Below the pieces are notes generated by a model. It did not search any database, had not been told where the DNA came from, and worked only from the letters and a program-made list of their open reading frames with translations. A DNA stretch of 64,000 nt from the NCBI RefSeq assembly GCF_026571515.1, contig NW_026863680.1, positions 62,001-126,000 on the forward strand, read 5' to 3'. This document shows, piece after piece, positions 63,303 through 64,000 of the stretch; position 1 is the stretch's first letter; every line of letters starts with the position of its first letter. A program made the translations under genes and the position numbers. The DNA is from Ruditapes philippinarum. Its lineage: Eukaryota.

Positions 63303-64000
63303 AACAAGAGCCCGGTTTGAGCCGGGTGATGCTCCCCGAATAGGTTTTGGACACAGGAAAGTACACCTCTTGTAGTTTCAGAGTTATGTCCGTGGAAAAA
63401 GTTCAAAGTGCAATAATTCCAAAATTAGGCAAGGCAGAGTTACAGTTCTTTGCACTGCACTTCTAATCAATGTGATCTATCAACCTACAAAGTTTCTTGA
63501 TGATATCTTTTATGATTTCCAAGTTATGTCCTGGACAATTCAAAAAGTAAAAATAAACAAAGGGCAATAACTCCAGAATTAGGCAAGGTAGAGTTATGAT
63601 TCTGATGCACTGCACATCTACCCATTGAGATTTATCTACCTACAAAGTTTCATGTTGATATCTCTTATAGTTTTACAGCTATGTCCTGGACAAGATTTTT
63701 CTAAAAGGGGAGATTATTCAAAAATAAGGCTTAACAGAGTTATGGTTCTTTTGCACTGCACCTCTACTCAATATGAGATCTATCTACCTACAATGTTTCA
63801 TGTTGATATCTCTTATAGTTTTAGAGTTATGCCCCGGACAAGATTTTTCTATAAGGGAGATAATTCAAAAAACCAGGCAATATAGAGTTATGGTTCTTTG
63901 ACACTGCACTCCCCCTCGATGCCCTCTACCACTGTATGAAGTTTCAACAAATTATCTCCAAGGGTTTTCAAGTTATGTTCCGGACAAAGTTCAAAGTTCA
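63303..64000 (+). mobile_element. HINE-like element truncated by the window end
   Basis: AACAAGAGCCCGGTTTGAGCCGGGTGATGCTCCCC start; repeated AGTTATG..CCGGAC / GCACTGCAC / TATCTACCTACAAAGTTTC monomers. Confidence 0.8.

Overview
AT-rich eukaryotic genomic DNA, most likely from a bivalve mollusc such as a venerid clam; this is inferred from the V-domain SINE and the GGAC-microsatellite/TGACC-repeat HINE-like elements. I reconstructed two convergent spliced genes by hand, with all splice phases consistent. (1) A + strand 3-exon gene (19085-22749, 584 aa) joins a CCDC17-like C2HC zinc finger, two DM9 repeats and a basic C-terminal tandem repeat. (2) A - strand gene of at least 19 exons (58787 to 29440; first exon beyond the window) encodes J-domain(HPD)-acidic-coiled coil-3xTPR-UBA-RRM-CCCH, a TTC31-like protein with a DnaJ domain. 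The rest is a dense transposon landscape. It includes three LINE relics, one an RT-less ORF1-only element inserted inside the left TIR of a mariner, with 224 bp of it re-copied onto the transposase stop. There is also a young V-SINE with perfect TSD, two palindromic Sola-like MITEs, hAT elements with 5-6 bp TSDs, a piggyBac MITE and seven co-oriented HINE-like elements carrying internal satellite arrays. Most ORFs in the supplied track are spurious or intronic.
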